Below are positions 1-12,427 of a stretch of DNA of 64,000 nt, in pieces. Position 1 is the stretch's first letter; every line of letters begins with the position of its first letter. Source of the DNA: Marsupella aquatica (taxonomy: Eukaryota; Plantae; Marchantiophyta); the NCBI GenBank assembly GCA_973895155.1, contig OZ316892.1, positions 10,458,283-10,522,282 on the forward strand, in the 5' to 3' direction. The notes under the pieces are model-generated. The model did no database searches. It had not been told where the DNA came from and saw only the letters and a program-made list of their open reading frames with translations. The position numbers were made by a program, and so were the translations under genes.

Positions 1-600
1 CGAAAAAGTCACGCCCATGAAGTATCCCTAAAAAATGAGAATTCTGAAAAACTCACCGAGAGATACAGTACCAAAGAAATTACTTTTCAGGCCAAAAGGT
101 CAGTTACCGTAAAGTAGCCCAAAACCTGAGATACAGTACCAGAGAAACCACTTTTCGGGCTAAAATGTCAGCAACCATCAAGTCTCGATAAAACTGAGAA
201 TTCTGAAAAACTCATAAATGTGATACATTGCCCCCACCACAGCAACTGCACCCTGGGCAGCAGCCTGAGGGGGGCACCCAGCCCTCCAGCACGAGTTGAG
301 CAGAACTGAAGGTGGGACCTCCCCAAAGCAAAAAACGAACCTCACCTCTAGTCTCACCCTGTGTACAGGGCCAGGAGACTAAACTGCATTTCACCTTCAG
401 TTTTATACAGAACTGCAGGCCACTCGCCCATAACACCCAACCTTACAGAAACCCTTATGAGCTGATAATAAACTCAGGGTCCTTTCACCTTCAGTTTTAG
501 ACAGAACTGCAGGCCACTCGCCGGTGACGCCCAACTTTCTAGAAAACTTTATGAGCTGATAGAAAACTCAGGGTGGTTTTCCAAAAGCTGGGTCCCCTTC
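1..600. repeat. Degenerate non-coding direct repeats (probable TE remnant)
   Basis: A ~94-bp unit starting TTTCACCTTCAGTTTTA occurs at 389 and 483. GAGATACAGTACC and TGAGAATTCTGAAAAACTCA each occur twice in 1-215. Confidence 0.5.
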
Positions 601-1134
601 AAGGATGTACAATTTCTGACCCCTTTGGCCAATTTGCATAATATTATAACCAAAATAGTTTCGACAAGGAGTCGGGAATGCAGTGATATAAGAAACTTGA
701 AACGTGGACTCCAAGCTCTCTGTCTCTGCCTAAAAATATTACTAAAAACAAGATTTGAGGAGCCTGAAAAACTTATCTTCCACCTTATGCTAGGGGGAGA
801 TCAAAACTAAAGAAGAGTTACTGTCTGAGAGGACATTGTAGCCTTACACACTACGTCAGACTTTTCACCAGATGAAGGAGGAAGGTTGTTCCTCTTTTGC
901 TGTCCTCCTGGCTCTGACTTGTTCACTAAGTCTCAAGTAAGCTCGGTTGCAAGGAAAATTACAATTCCAAGGAATAGCTCTGAATGAACTGTGTTTACAT
1001 AACAGGAGGTGATTCTACCACCTTCCATATCTTCGATCCTTCTCTAGTGGGAATGATATAGCACAAGTCATGCAGCTCACCATAAACTTGACCAGGTTCA
1101 TCCTGAAATCTGATTGAATTAAGATGAGATTGAC

Positions 1135-4100
1135 TCAAGGGGTTCTCGGCAGATACCTGATGGGCTGTTTCCTAAGGGATCTTCTCCGTCTTACAAGAAG
1201 AAAGAGGACAGCCGCCACGACAATCACAAGCGTCCCAGCACTGATTACAACGAAGTGCTCCACATGGACTCCTGAGACCATGTCCTGACGATCAAATGAT
1301 GTCACCAACTTCCTTGGCAGCCAAGGGCCAATGCCTGTTCCACTGCCAGTCCTCAATTTGGCACGAGGAAGATGTCCGGCACAATGATAGGCAAGTTCTT
1401 GCCGTGCACAATCAACCTGTATTGGACTACCAAATTTGCTTTCAAGCACAAAGTCCAGAGGCGTCGCCTTCCAAGGGGAAAGAACCACGGTGGTCTGACG
1501 GCTCACGAACCCTGGAAACTTGGCTGTCACTGCACACACATTCAAACAAGAAAGAAGCCAATCCACAAGTTCAGCAAATGCCGCAAAACATTAAATCCAT
1601 AATTTCTTCTCGCCCCATTTTGATGAGTAGCTATTTCCAGTTCTAGTTACTCTGTATAGGTCATTTAAGAGGAAAACTACGAAGGGACCGACCCAATATT
1701 TGCTAGCCTCCCTCATGGAAGGGTGGCCAAGGCAATGTAAGCTACTGCAAAAGGGAATATGACAAAAGTATAGGAGATATTGAGAGAGAACCAATCATGA
1801 GGACACTATTCTCTGCGACTTTCATATTAGACCCAGGACTGGTAAATAATGCAAAAGTATTAAAATAGCAAAGATTGGCTTTTGGGATCATAACTCCAGC
1901 TTCAAGGATCTCCCAAAAAATCCTTATTGCTAATAAGTTAACGAGAATTGCAGAGTGAGGTGAGATGGGTCAGAAAAATGAGGCACTTGCATTCATAATT
2001 TTTCCCAGGAGGAAGAATTCGGTGATAATCACCAAGTGTTGTGCTAGCGTTTATCTGCGAAAACCAGATCGAAACACCAGGTGAGAATTAGCTTTTATTT
2101 GTTTGCTACCACCCATATCCACAGTACTACCCTCAATTCTACCTGCACTATGTGAAACCATTATTTAGTATTGAATTTCATGTTCAGCATAAATTTCCTT
2201 TCAAAGGCCCGTTTTTGGAGCTGGTGGTGAGATTATCAATTGAAAGGTTCTATTAGCTCAATCACCTGTTCGACAAGGTAACAACGACTTTTGATGTTCT
2301 CTACACTTCCTGGTGTACATCCTTTTCTAGGTCAGTGGGCACCAGAGCAAACAAGATCTTTGGTCCAGGCTCCCTTCAGAGAATTGAGAAATCTAGGGGC
2401 AGGTAATTCTCACCTACTGTTACAGGCTTCACAGACCTGCACAGGTACCAGTGTTTGAACACATTTCCACCACTTTTCTTGTCTATTTTGGCTTGTCTTA
2501 TATTTCTTTACCAAGCATGAAAATTGGCTTCAATCTACTTTGAGAACCGATTGGTTTCACGGAGTTCGTGAAGTCTCCTCGGGCTTCTTGAAAATGGAGA
2601 GGCAGAATACAAGGGAGAGGCAGAATACAGAATAAACTGTATATGAAGCAATAAAACATACCACGTGATCATTTCCCTTCACGACTATGCTGGCTGGTAA
2701 AGGGGTCCCTTCTGCTGACATCACTCTTCCATGTATTCCTGTCTATCGAACAGAAGAGAAAGAAGATTTAGATATGCCAGCACTGATTATAAAACTCCAA
2801 AAAAGGCAAAAAAGGAAGTTGCCGGAGTCAACTTGCAGCAAACGGAATATGCAACTATGTCAGATGCACGTACATCAGATTGCAGTCACTGTGTTCACTG
2901 AAATCAATATCGGGTAGACATTCCGGATTCATTCAGGTGACTCACCTTGCCCATACTGGCCACAAGCTCTAGCAAGCTTTGCTGGTGTTGTTGCCACATT
3001 TCAGGTATCTGTAGAGCCAGTGAAACAACACACGTTCATTTACTTATACCAAGTTTTCTATCTGTGAGTTTGCAGCCTCTGAGTCGACAACCATGTGCTC
3101 ATCAGCCTCCCAGCATTAGATCGACCAGTAATATGAACCAAAACTGATTATATTCCATCTGCAGGTTTGTAACCGTGGAAATGAAGACGGTACCAGTCAT
3201 AAACCTATTCCTGCTAGAGATTAAATAACACTTGTTGTCAAAGATGGCGACGAGAGCAAGAAAGATTCGGCCACAATTGATAAATCTACCTAGTCACAGA
3301 TGGAATGCAAAGATATAATCTTGAATCCTGACAAGGCACCCACAATTAGGCAGGATTTAATGTGTTACATCCAGTGAGAGACCAATGTTCTCAACACAGA
3401 ACCTTAGGAAACCTTAAATTAAGATTATTACTGGAGGATCCGCAAGTGATTACACTGTCCACTAGAAGGAACAGATCCAAATACCTTGCTGATGTCGGGC
3501 CACTTCTTTTCACTCATCTCAATAGTAATTTCCATACAGTTACCATGAATATAGTTCCAGTCCTGCATACCACCATAGAGTGGGTACCTGGTTTGACACA
3601 GGCAACAGTCTAAATAATCTTTAAAAATACATAAAACAAGAATAACTTGAATCGCTCATCTTCAAACCTATCACTACGAGCCTTTACTTCAACACCAAGA
3701 AGTACGTAGCATGGTCCTACCAAGCTGCTCCGTTGGTAATTCCGCCAAGGAACTCCGAGCTAGTCTTCATCAATGGGTGATTTTGAGAATATAACGAAGC
3801 CATGTGTCGAAGACCAGCATCATCTGGAGTCTCAGAATAACCACTCCTGTTACATTCAAAATATTACAAACATTACCAGACCTTCTCGACGTCCAAAACC
3901 AAAGAAGACTATTTTCAGCTAGAAGGAGATGGACCAGGCTAGAGGACATCAATTTACAGGCATATGAGATTTTTCAGCAATACCTTCCAGTCATAGTCCC
4001 ATCCCACCCATAACTTGCGACCAGCGCTCCCTAAGCCACCAAAATCCACCAAATTAAAGTCAATCACAACCACACCGTCTGTCTCCACCCACTATTTACA

Positions 4101-6243
4101 TAATGCCCGGGAGTCAACATTGGAAGCTAGTCAATGCCATCAACAACAATGATTTCATGAGGATATTTTTCGATTGATTTCAATCTTCCACAAAAACACG
4201 TAAAAACTTGGGAGCTTTTCTAAATTTTAGTATTTCCAAATGAATGAGGGACCTAAGTTGAAAACTAGAAGAATCTCACTTCTGCAGTCAAAGATATCAA
4301 CATAAAAACCAATGCCAAATACATTACTAATACCCAATCTGCGACTCACAAGTCACCTGACTCTTACCTCATGCAGACTCGCTGATCCTGTAAAGGGAAT
4401 ATTTCTTATCCACTGCATAATTGCGAGGGTCTCAGGTTGTCTCCCAGACTCATCATTGTTTATTGGATAATACTGTAGCACCACTCAAAATGAGTCAGCT
4501 ACAAGAATTAAGCCACTTTAATCTTACATTGCAGAGTAGGTGAACAAGTTGAGCGGCAAATATCTCTGACAATGGATATCTACGATCAGCAAATGAACGC
4601 CGGTAAAACACACCTGATCGGGAAAATCACGATTCAGATCAACATCATTAGCGTTATTGCGGGTTCTGTTTTCATATCCGTCAGGATTCATGGACGGGAG
4701 AAGGTGAAGGTGAATATTTTGGACAATAAAAGTTGCCTGCACATTCCAAGCAGGCCAACAAACTCATCTTATACTTGGAATTTGCACATGGTAATGGATA
4801 TCCTGAATAGATGCCATGAAAAGTAACTGCTTAGTCCATCGAGTCAAATTCGGAGTCAATGTGCTTGGCTCCTAAAAACTCCCCAGCCGAGCGATGGAAA
4901 GACCCATTTGAAGTCTCAAGCTTCCCACAAAATAGAGCATGATCTATGACTTTACAGCCTACAATACCAATCGCAGATCAGAAAATAGATTTTAGAACTT
5001 ACCATAGGATCTTTCGGCTCTTTGAGGTAGTTAACGCAGAGCCACTCTGCTAGATACAAAAGCAGTTCACGACCTGAAGGTTCATCTCCATGCATGTTCC
5101 CCACGTACTGCAGAGATCCACACAAACAAACAGAGCGTCACGAAGAACGCTAAGACATATCTGGAGAAGCAACAAATGCTAAAGTTATGGGTTGGGAATC
5201 ACTACTTGAGACAGTTATTCTTCGCGTTTGAATAATCAGTGACTCAATTGTCTTCACCTTTCAACACGTTAATTTGCCAGAACGAGACGAAGCAAAAAAA
5301 TCCGTTTTTCTTGGCCCCCTGACACTCAAATGAACATTCCTGTCATAGCTTTCAGCTTGATCGGATACCTCAAGCGACCTTATATTCCTCAATTGATCAA
5401 TTCAACGCGTGTAACGGAATGGGGGCATGGACTACTAGCTGACATGATTATGATTGGATGTCCCACAAGCGCGATGGATGGGCATCAATGATCCTAAATA
5501 GGGCTCTTGTAAGTAATAAAGGAAGCTGCAAATACCAAGTTTCAAAAGACTCCTACCTTGAAAGCAGGCTCTGGTTCAAGTTGTCCAGGAAAATCTGATA
5601 TTTCAAGCACCATCTGCATTTTAAAGCACGGATCAAGACCTTAACTTCATTTACATCTCAGAGGAGAGAGAAGCGATCAACGTAAGCAATTTAAGCAATT
5701 TAGGGATATCTTGTGTCAGTAATGGGCTGGACAGCCAGGTCGATAAGAAAAAGATCCCAGACATCCAGAGAGCTGCAGACAGCCAACAGGCTGATGTCAT
5801 ATAAACATCCACATCTTCTCTGGTGATTAACAGTCTGTCGTAACCTCATAGTGTTGTGAAATATAGATTTCAGGTCTAATTTGAAGAAAAACTCACCAAT
5901 GGAACTCCTTTTACGCTCTTTCCAATTCTGCATCAACATACACAGGACAAAGGAAGGGATAAGGGAAGCTGCTTTAGGATTTAACCTAGTCTCCCAAATT
6001 GGGACTCGTGATAATCTAATAGTCCACGGAAGATGCACCTTCAAATATCAGTCCCAACAGCTTGTATTGACTCGACCAGAATGGACCTAAATCAACTTAA
6101 CAATTAATCAAATCGATAAGTACAATCATTCCCCGGAGCTGGGAAGAGAGCGTACGTGTAAAGTCTTGATATTTTGCTGCATCTTGACTGATAGCCTTTC
6201 ATTGCTGCCAAAAGCTCTGCATTACTTTTATAAGATTGAGGTG
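1135..6243 (-). CDS. SOL1: M14 zinc carboxypeptidase (carboxypeptidase D/SOL1-like) with C-terminal TM helix; multi-exon, N-terminal exon(s) not resolved
   Basis: Exons read by hand: ~6156-6243, 5897-5927, 5557-5613, 5003-5107 (GNMHGDEP), 4614-4736 (NPDG..RNNANDVDLNRDFPDQ), 4368-4472 (SASLHE), 3984-4030, 3721-3846 (GGITNGAAW), 3485-3587 (YGGMQDWNY..EITIE), 2946-3008, 2662-2742, 1991-2054, 1135-1529 (TM helix then RRRR). The order is colinear with Arabidopsis SOL1 as I recall it. Confidence 0.92.
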
Positions 6244-9200
6244 CTGGAAAGTTCCTCCAATCAATAGGAGTTAAGCAAAAGAAACTATATGAACTTTCTT
6301 TTTCATTCATATGCATGAAGTGGACACAGTACCACATTGAACAAGTGTCCGTGGGTAGACTGGTCCCTCCTGACAAGTTCCTAAGAAACTGAGACAACCT
6401 AAGAATGTAGTGTCCTGAAATCCAATGCCAAAAACACTCTCAGCGCTTCATGGACAAGCATAATAGACATCAACAAAGAATCCAAAAATTCTCACAATAG
6501 TTCTCGAATAACTGTTGCAGGGTGTAGGAAGTATTCTTCTGAGGATGAATCTCATTAAATTGACATTCCAGATCCACAATCCTCATGAACATTTTGTCAT
6601 CCGATGACAAGAGTTATTCTCACGAGTGCAATAACTGGGACATTGTACCACGGGTGCACAGAACTTCATGCTAGAGTGCTGTGGGAGCGTTCAATTTCCT
6701 CTAGCACAATGTGTACAAATTTGCTGGTGGGATATGACGGGAGATCGCACCATGTGAAATGCAAAACAATTGCGACATGCCGATCCATCTGAGAAGTAAC
6801 GAAAAATGTATTTTCTTGGTGTGGTAGGGGAGGATACTGTTCATCCAGTGAAGTGGACTTGCGATCATCATTCTTCCGTGGGTTGGAAGCTTCTGCGGTC
6901 CGTCCTCCAGCTCCTGTACATACAACGGCAAGTGATCACGTCAAATATTTGCAGTCACCACGACCTAGCAACATTTAAGCTAAAATTTACTCCAAGTCTG
7001 ACTACTTCACAGCAGCTACCGCACTTCTTCGAGCGATGGCTACAAATCCACACCGGATCCACCGTGTTTGTTTTTCATCTCAATTCCAAAACTTTGTATA
7101 GGTGCATGAATCTAAATCCACCTTCTGGTGCCACCCCAAAATCTTGCACAAATGGGGAGCAATATTCCATGGCTCCGTGAATCTCTAAGAAAAGAGAGGA
7201 ACGATACTACTGACTGTGTAGAGCTGCAATTGACCTTCTTCGAGCGAGCACAAACTTCTACATAGTTAATTTCCCTTTTACAGAAAATTCGGAGCAGGGT
7301 CTGATCCAGCTCAGTACTTAACGGCTTCAAGGACAGGACCCTCATGAGTCAAACTAAATCATTTCATCAAAGTCCCCTTGGGTCAAATATCTCAATTTGA
7401 GCTCCCAATGGTGAAAGTAATTATCTTCATGAAAAGCTAAACTCCGATATCGGCTGAAATCGGTGAGATCGGAACAAATATGTCTTTCTTAGCAAAATTT
7501 GACAGCTCTCTGGAATCGAATTGATTCCATTTGTAAGGGCTCATGCGAATATTCAGAGTACCAAGGGTTTTCCGCTTTAAAGCGTTCAATCGCAACAACT
7601 TGTCAAGCGATGGAACCATTAAATTGAAATTCGCTTAGGACAGGTACTCCGCTATCGACCAGCCTAGAGGGCCAACGACAAATGAGGCCGGGTGGACAAA
7701 ACAGGCGATGACGGTCTTTCACAAAACCTGTCTTTCTCGTACCAGTTCCTCTCCCAAGACGACCCAAAATTGTGGACGTAAGACAACGCTTGACAGCGCA
7801 CCAGAGCTGTGGAGTAATAGAAACCCAAATCGAAAGCATTTCGTAGAAGTGAAGCAAGATTTGGTCAGAAAAGTCGTCACGTGGCAGTCAGGACGTACCG
7901 GAACGGCCTGCAGCAACGTGGAGATGTGCAAAATCTTCAAGACAGATCACAGTTATGATTGACAATATTAGGAGTAACACCGGACTGTGCATATGGTCTC
8001 CCATCGCCGCTGAATGCTCAACCCTTCACAATCCAACCTGTTTTGCACCAGCAGACAGCAGCTCTGGAGATTACTCAACCCTTAAAGATTGACCCTTCCT
8101 TTGTTGTACCGGTAGCTCAGCTAGCTGAGACCTTCAAGATTCACCCTCCCTTGGTGCTGCTGCACCAGCAGCTCCAAGAGATTATTCACCGCCTCACAAA
8201 TCAGCCCTCCCTGAGTGTTGTCCAAAAGCTCTTCAAGAATGATCTGGTTGCTCAAACCTTCATGATTCCCTTCCTCCGTGTTGCATCAGCGGCTACAACA
8301 GCCTGTATGACTCCCAATTATGATGGAGTCGCAAACCCAAACAGAGCACCACAAAAGGAAGAAGACAATCTCAAGTTTGTGGGTCTCTTCTCTCTATCAG
8401 CTCGGATTTCATTTGGAGACTTTTTGTCGGGGAAGGGAGGGGGAATGAAAGGAGGATCCGCCTTCAATATTTTGCCTCTACTGGCCTCCCGCAAACTACA
8501 ACAATTACCCGCGGAGAAACTGACGAAAAACTCCCACTTCTCGATTCACTCCCACCTTTCCCCCCTCGCACTATGTACATCTAAAGCTCATTTTGCGCAT
8601 TCCAAGGAGGCAAATTGAGGTCAGCATTCGGCTTGCAAGTGAATTAGCTAGTTTTGGCAGCCTCAAAATGCTTCGTCCGGCCTGTCAGCTTCCTCTTTCG
8701 GCGTTTTTTCTGTGAGAGGTCTCCGGGCTCTTTGACGGGACGAAGAAAATCCCTCTGCAAAGAATCCAGGACAAGCAATCACGGGAGGTGCATGATTTGA
8801 AAACAAGAATCTATCAACTTACTTCTGCTTTTCTCAGTTTTCCCCCTTTCACTGTAGGCAAGTCCGAGGAACAGGGTCTACGGAGAGTCAACAGTCAATC
8901 TCACAACGACTCCAGCAGCTGCTGCCTGTTTTGGCCTCCTTTGGCGCTCTCTGTCCTGCACTTGGCGATGACTGAGCCAAACACGGACCCGCTAGAGCCG
9001 CCGGCCTGGCATACGACACCGCCACCAACAGCTAATCTCATTATGATTATGAACTCCGAATCCGTACTTGAAGATCCACCTGATGGTGCTAATGAAAACT
9101 ATAAACTCTCAATTCCCCAAATTTGCTCCCCTTGATTCCTTGAACGACAATCAAATAGATCTGCTGTCTCGAGTCTCGATATCCGTGTTTCAAATTGGTC

Positions 9201-12200
9201 GATTCGGGGAAACTGGGAAAGGCATGAGCGGACAGGGAGGTTTGACGGCTTGCCTACCACTCTACCAGAACTGGTCTCCTGGTGGAACACGACACCTACC
9301 TCTACACATGAGCTCCGTGTCACGGTGTCAGTCAGCTCAGTGAAATTTCCGTACATTCGAGAGTGGTCGGTGTCCTCAGAGAGATTAGACCTGACGGCGT
9401 TATATCATAGTATTTTTCCTTGACTGGGTTTATTGATGAAAAGGCCCTGACGATGTGCAGAAGTCTTTTTCTGATCGCACATATTGCATCTTCATGCTCC
9501 TGTCCTCGCCTGCTCGGAGTGGTAATTTGATTCTTACTTGTTTGGAGATTCGGTCCTCATGTGGGCAGCTCATTGTAAAGTTTTTCGTTTGGAGAAGGTT
9601 CAGTCAGTGCATGGGAAAGGGTCCTTTTTGAGCTCCCGTAGGCTCACTAGGAGTACTCAATTTATTTTTGTCTCTGTCTCAACTGAAGAATGCACTCGGA
9701 TCAGACAATTTAACGACTTATTATCATACACAATGCCTCGTTTTACTCTTAGCCAGAACAACGTCAGATGACTAAAAGCAGAAGCAGTGAGGTCACGTAG
9801 TAGACTTTTGTGTTGTGCTTGACCTCAGTGCTTCTGCTTGGAGCTAGATCGGCTTGACCTTTCTGTTCAGCCAAGATCTACGACTAATAGCAGAGCCATA
9901 CTACTCATCCGTTGTTAGACAACCATCACAAAGAGATTTTTTAGGTTTTGGTTTGTCCTCTCTGGACATTTTTCTCAGCTTTTCTGTTTGCCTTGCTTTG
10001 TCAGTAAATTTTTTCGTTTTGTGTATCACTGAGAGATTCCTGCTCTGTACTAAAAGTCGTCGACTAAAAGTATGCTTAGTGAGCTGTGTTTCAGTTCCTT
10101 AACTCCAGCCTCTACAGCATGAGTAGGAGGGTAAATTTTACTGTTGACTTGACCATCCGATTGGGGAGGGGTAATCGCCTGGTCTTTATTTGGGGTCCCT
10201 TTTCTCTTCTTGAAACTAATGTCTGCTCGAGGCGTTGCTTTTCTGGTCTTCGCCTCCATTATGTGCTGCGGGGATCTCGTTCGTATTAAATGACCTTCCA
10301 CAATCTGCAATTCTGCATGGGTGCCGCTGTATACCAAGTCTTCTACTCAATTATTATAAGGTGCAATTATTTTAAGCTCTGGGGCACTGTTGACTGTTCC
10401 TTCTCTTTCTTGCCGCTCTTGAACTGCTGTAACGTTTTGGGGGCCTAGTTTTTCTCTGGCCTTCACCAACATGCCCGGCCAACATGCCCGGCCAACATGC
10501 AATGCTTTTAATATGTTCATGAATTAAATGGCTTTGCCTTGGGGACTGCTGTACTTAAAACTCCTGCAGTTATGCGGACGCCGTTCTTGGATGCCGGTCA
10601 AGCACGTGAGAGCTACAGTCCTTCTACATCGGCCTCCAAAGCCTGTTTAGGTGCCAACTATTGCTCTTACACAGATTGCTGGACTGTTACCGTCCGGTAT
10701 CTGCTTCGGACCTAACTTACTGATCAGCCAATTTGAGCTTCTGTACTCTTCAACCTCCCATCGCTGCTTAGGGGATGCACTGGGCTGCTGCTCTGAAATA
10801 GCTGCGACATCAGACTTGGATGCCTTCTTCAGAGCATCTGTCTAAAGCCCAGAGGCAAACTGTGTTGTCTGAATCAACGTCTTTTCAAAATACATGAGTA
10901 AAGCTCGTCTGTCTTTACTGTCAAGAGTCTGTTCTTTGACCAAGGAAAGAGATTGACTAATTCCGGTGCTCTCTTCACTATAAGAGATCTGTTGGCTTGA
11001 CGACAGGGATTACCTGACTTGGTCCAGTAATAGATGTGGATCTCATTATCCAACATATTAGATCCCTATTTCGGTGATATGGTAGATTTGGACCTCTTTA
11101 TCTATTATGGCAATTCCGCTTAATAGCCAGAAAAAATTCGTAGACTTTCAATCTTTGTCAGCTTAGAACCTTTCTGTCCTGAAAAACCGGATAGACTTAG
11201 ATCCCCGTCTCAGTAATATTTTATTTGACCGACAAGGTTCTTCTTCCCCTTAAAATCCTTTTCTGCTCTCAGGGATAGATTTGGAGGACTGCAAGATTTC
11301 CCATTCGTGGCTCAAAAGCAGACTTGGATCCGGCCATCACATCATCTGTGTCCCCGCACAAGAAACAGGCCTCCGGTGTTTGTAAGCTTGTCCATTCCCA
11401 ACAAGAGAAGAGATCCGGTATTTGCCTTCTGTAGGAGCTTCCTTTGTCCAACCAAACGTCATACCCATGTCTGTACCGGACCTTTTTTGATCTGGCCGTG
11501 TGTTCATGCCAGGAGAAACGAGCAGAACGTAAGACTCGAATCTTCTCCTGTTTTAATCCATTACATCTGCAGAGTATCACAAGGCCACCCCAACATTTTT
11601 CCAGCTGTTTCAATGTGGAGATTTTGACACAAGTACCAACCAAGGCCTTGCAGGAAAATCTCCAGATGACCTTGCGACGATCAAACTTAAAAACAGTAAA
11701 ATAGTGTCAACGACGCTGCGTTTCCTCATAATCGTCAAGAAAATATAAAACCCCAGTGAAAAAGATTAAGACACCCGAAAGATCCTACTCCTACCCATTT
11801 TCCTTAAACAGCTCTACATGTGTTCTTCTCAACAACCCTGTGAACATTACCACGAATCCATGCTTCGACTAACACAACTCTTACAATGACAATTCCGTTG
11901 TGGGTTATACAGTTTTATACAGGAATGGAAGCAGTTATACACCAACAACTGTCCATTGGACATAAGAAGCCGTATTACTAAGCCCAACTAATTGGAACTA
12001 GGCGTGATCATGTCGAGCAACAAGGTACTCCAATACAGAAGCTTGGGCAGTTTTGGACGCAAATTCTGCATCGTTCTCCCTCCCGCAACTGGCTATAGCT
12101 CGGGGCAAAAGGTTCACGCACAATTGGGAGACACTCAGAAAGCTTGTCGATCCTTTTCGAAAATTAAAATACAGAGGTTCTATAAGATTTAAATGAGAAG

Positions 12201-12427
12201 TGGACCGATTTTCAGTATGATTGCCCAGTGAGACCCCTAACAACCCTTGATAATTACAGTGGACATAGCAATACTCTACGTTGTCCATACTTGGGCTCAT
12301 AATGTGCCCTCCATAAGTTTCTTTGAGAATGTGAGACCAATTCGGCCTTGAGATGGCAAGCAATCACACCTACACTGAGAAGACGTCCACATTCATTTTA
12401 TGAAAAAACCCAATCACCGCTTACACA

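Noticed and set aside
7959-8618. 219-aa plus-strand ORF
   Set aside because: Non-ATG start, internally repetitive, no recognisable domain, and antisense to the probable SOL1 5' region.
8901-9041. 46-codon minus-strand ORF (MRLAVGGG..) as a possible SOL1 uORF
   Set aside because: The transcript start and first coding exon cannot be fixed from sequence; no conservation evidence.
9400-11260. Possible decayed DNA transposon between SOL1 and Rab5
   Set aside because: No matching TIRs or coding motifs found.
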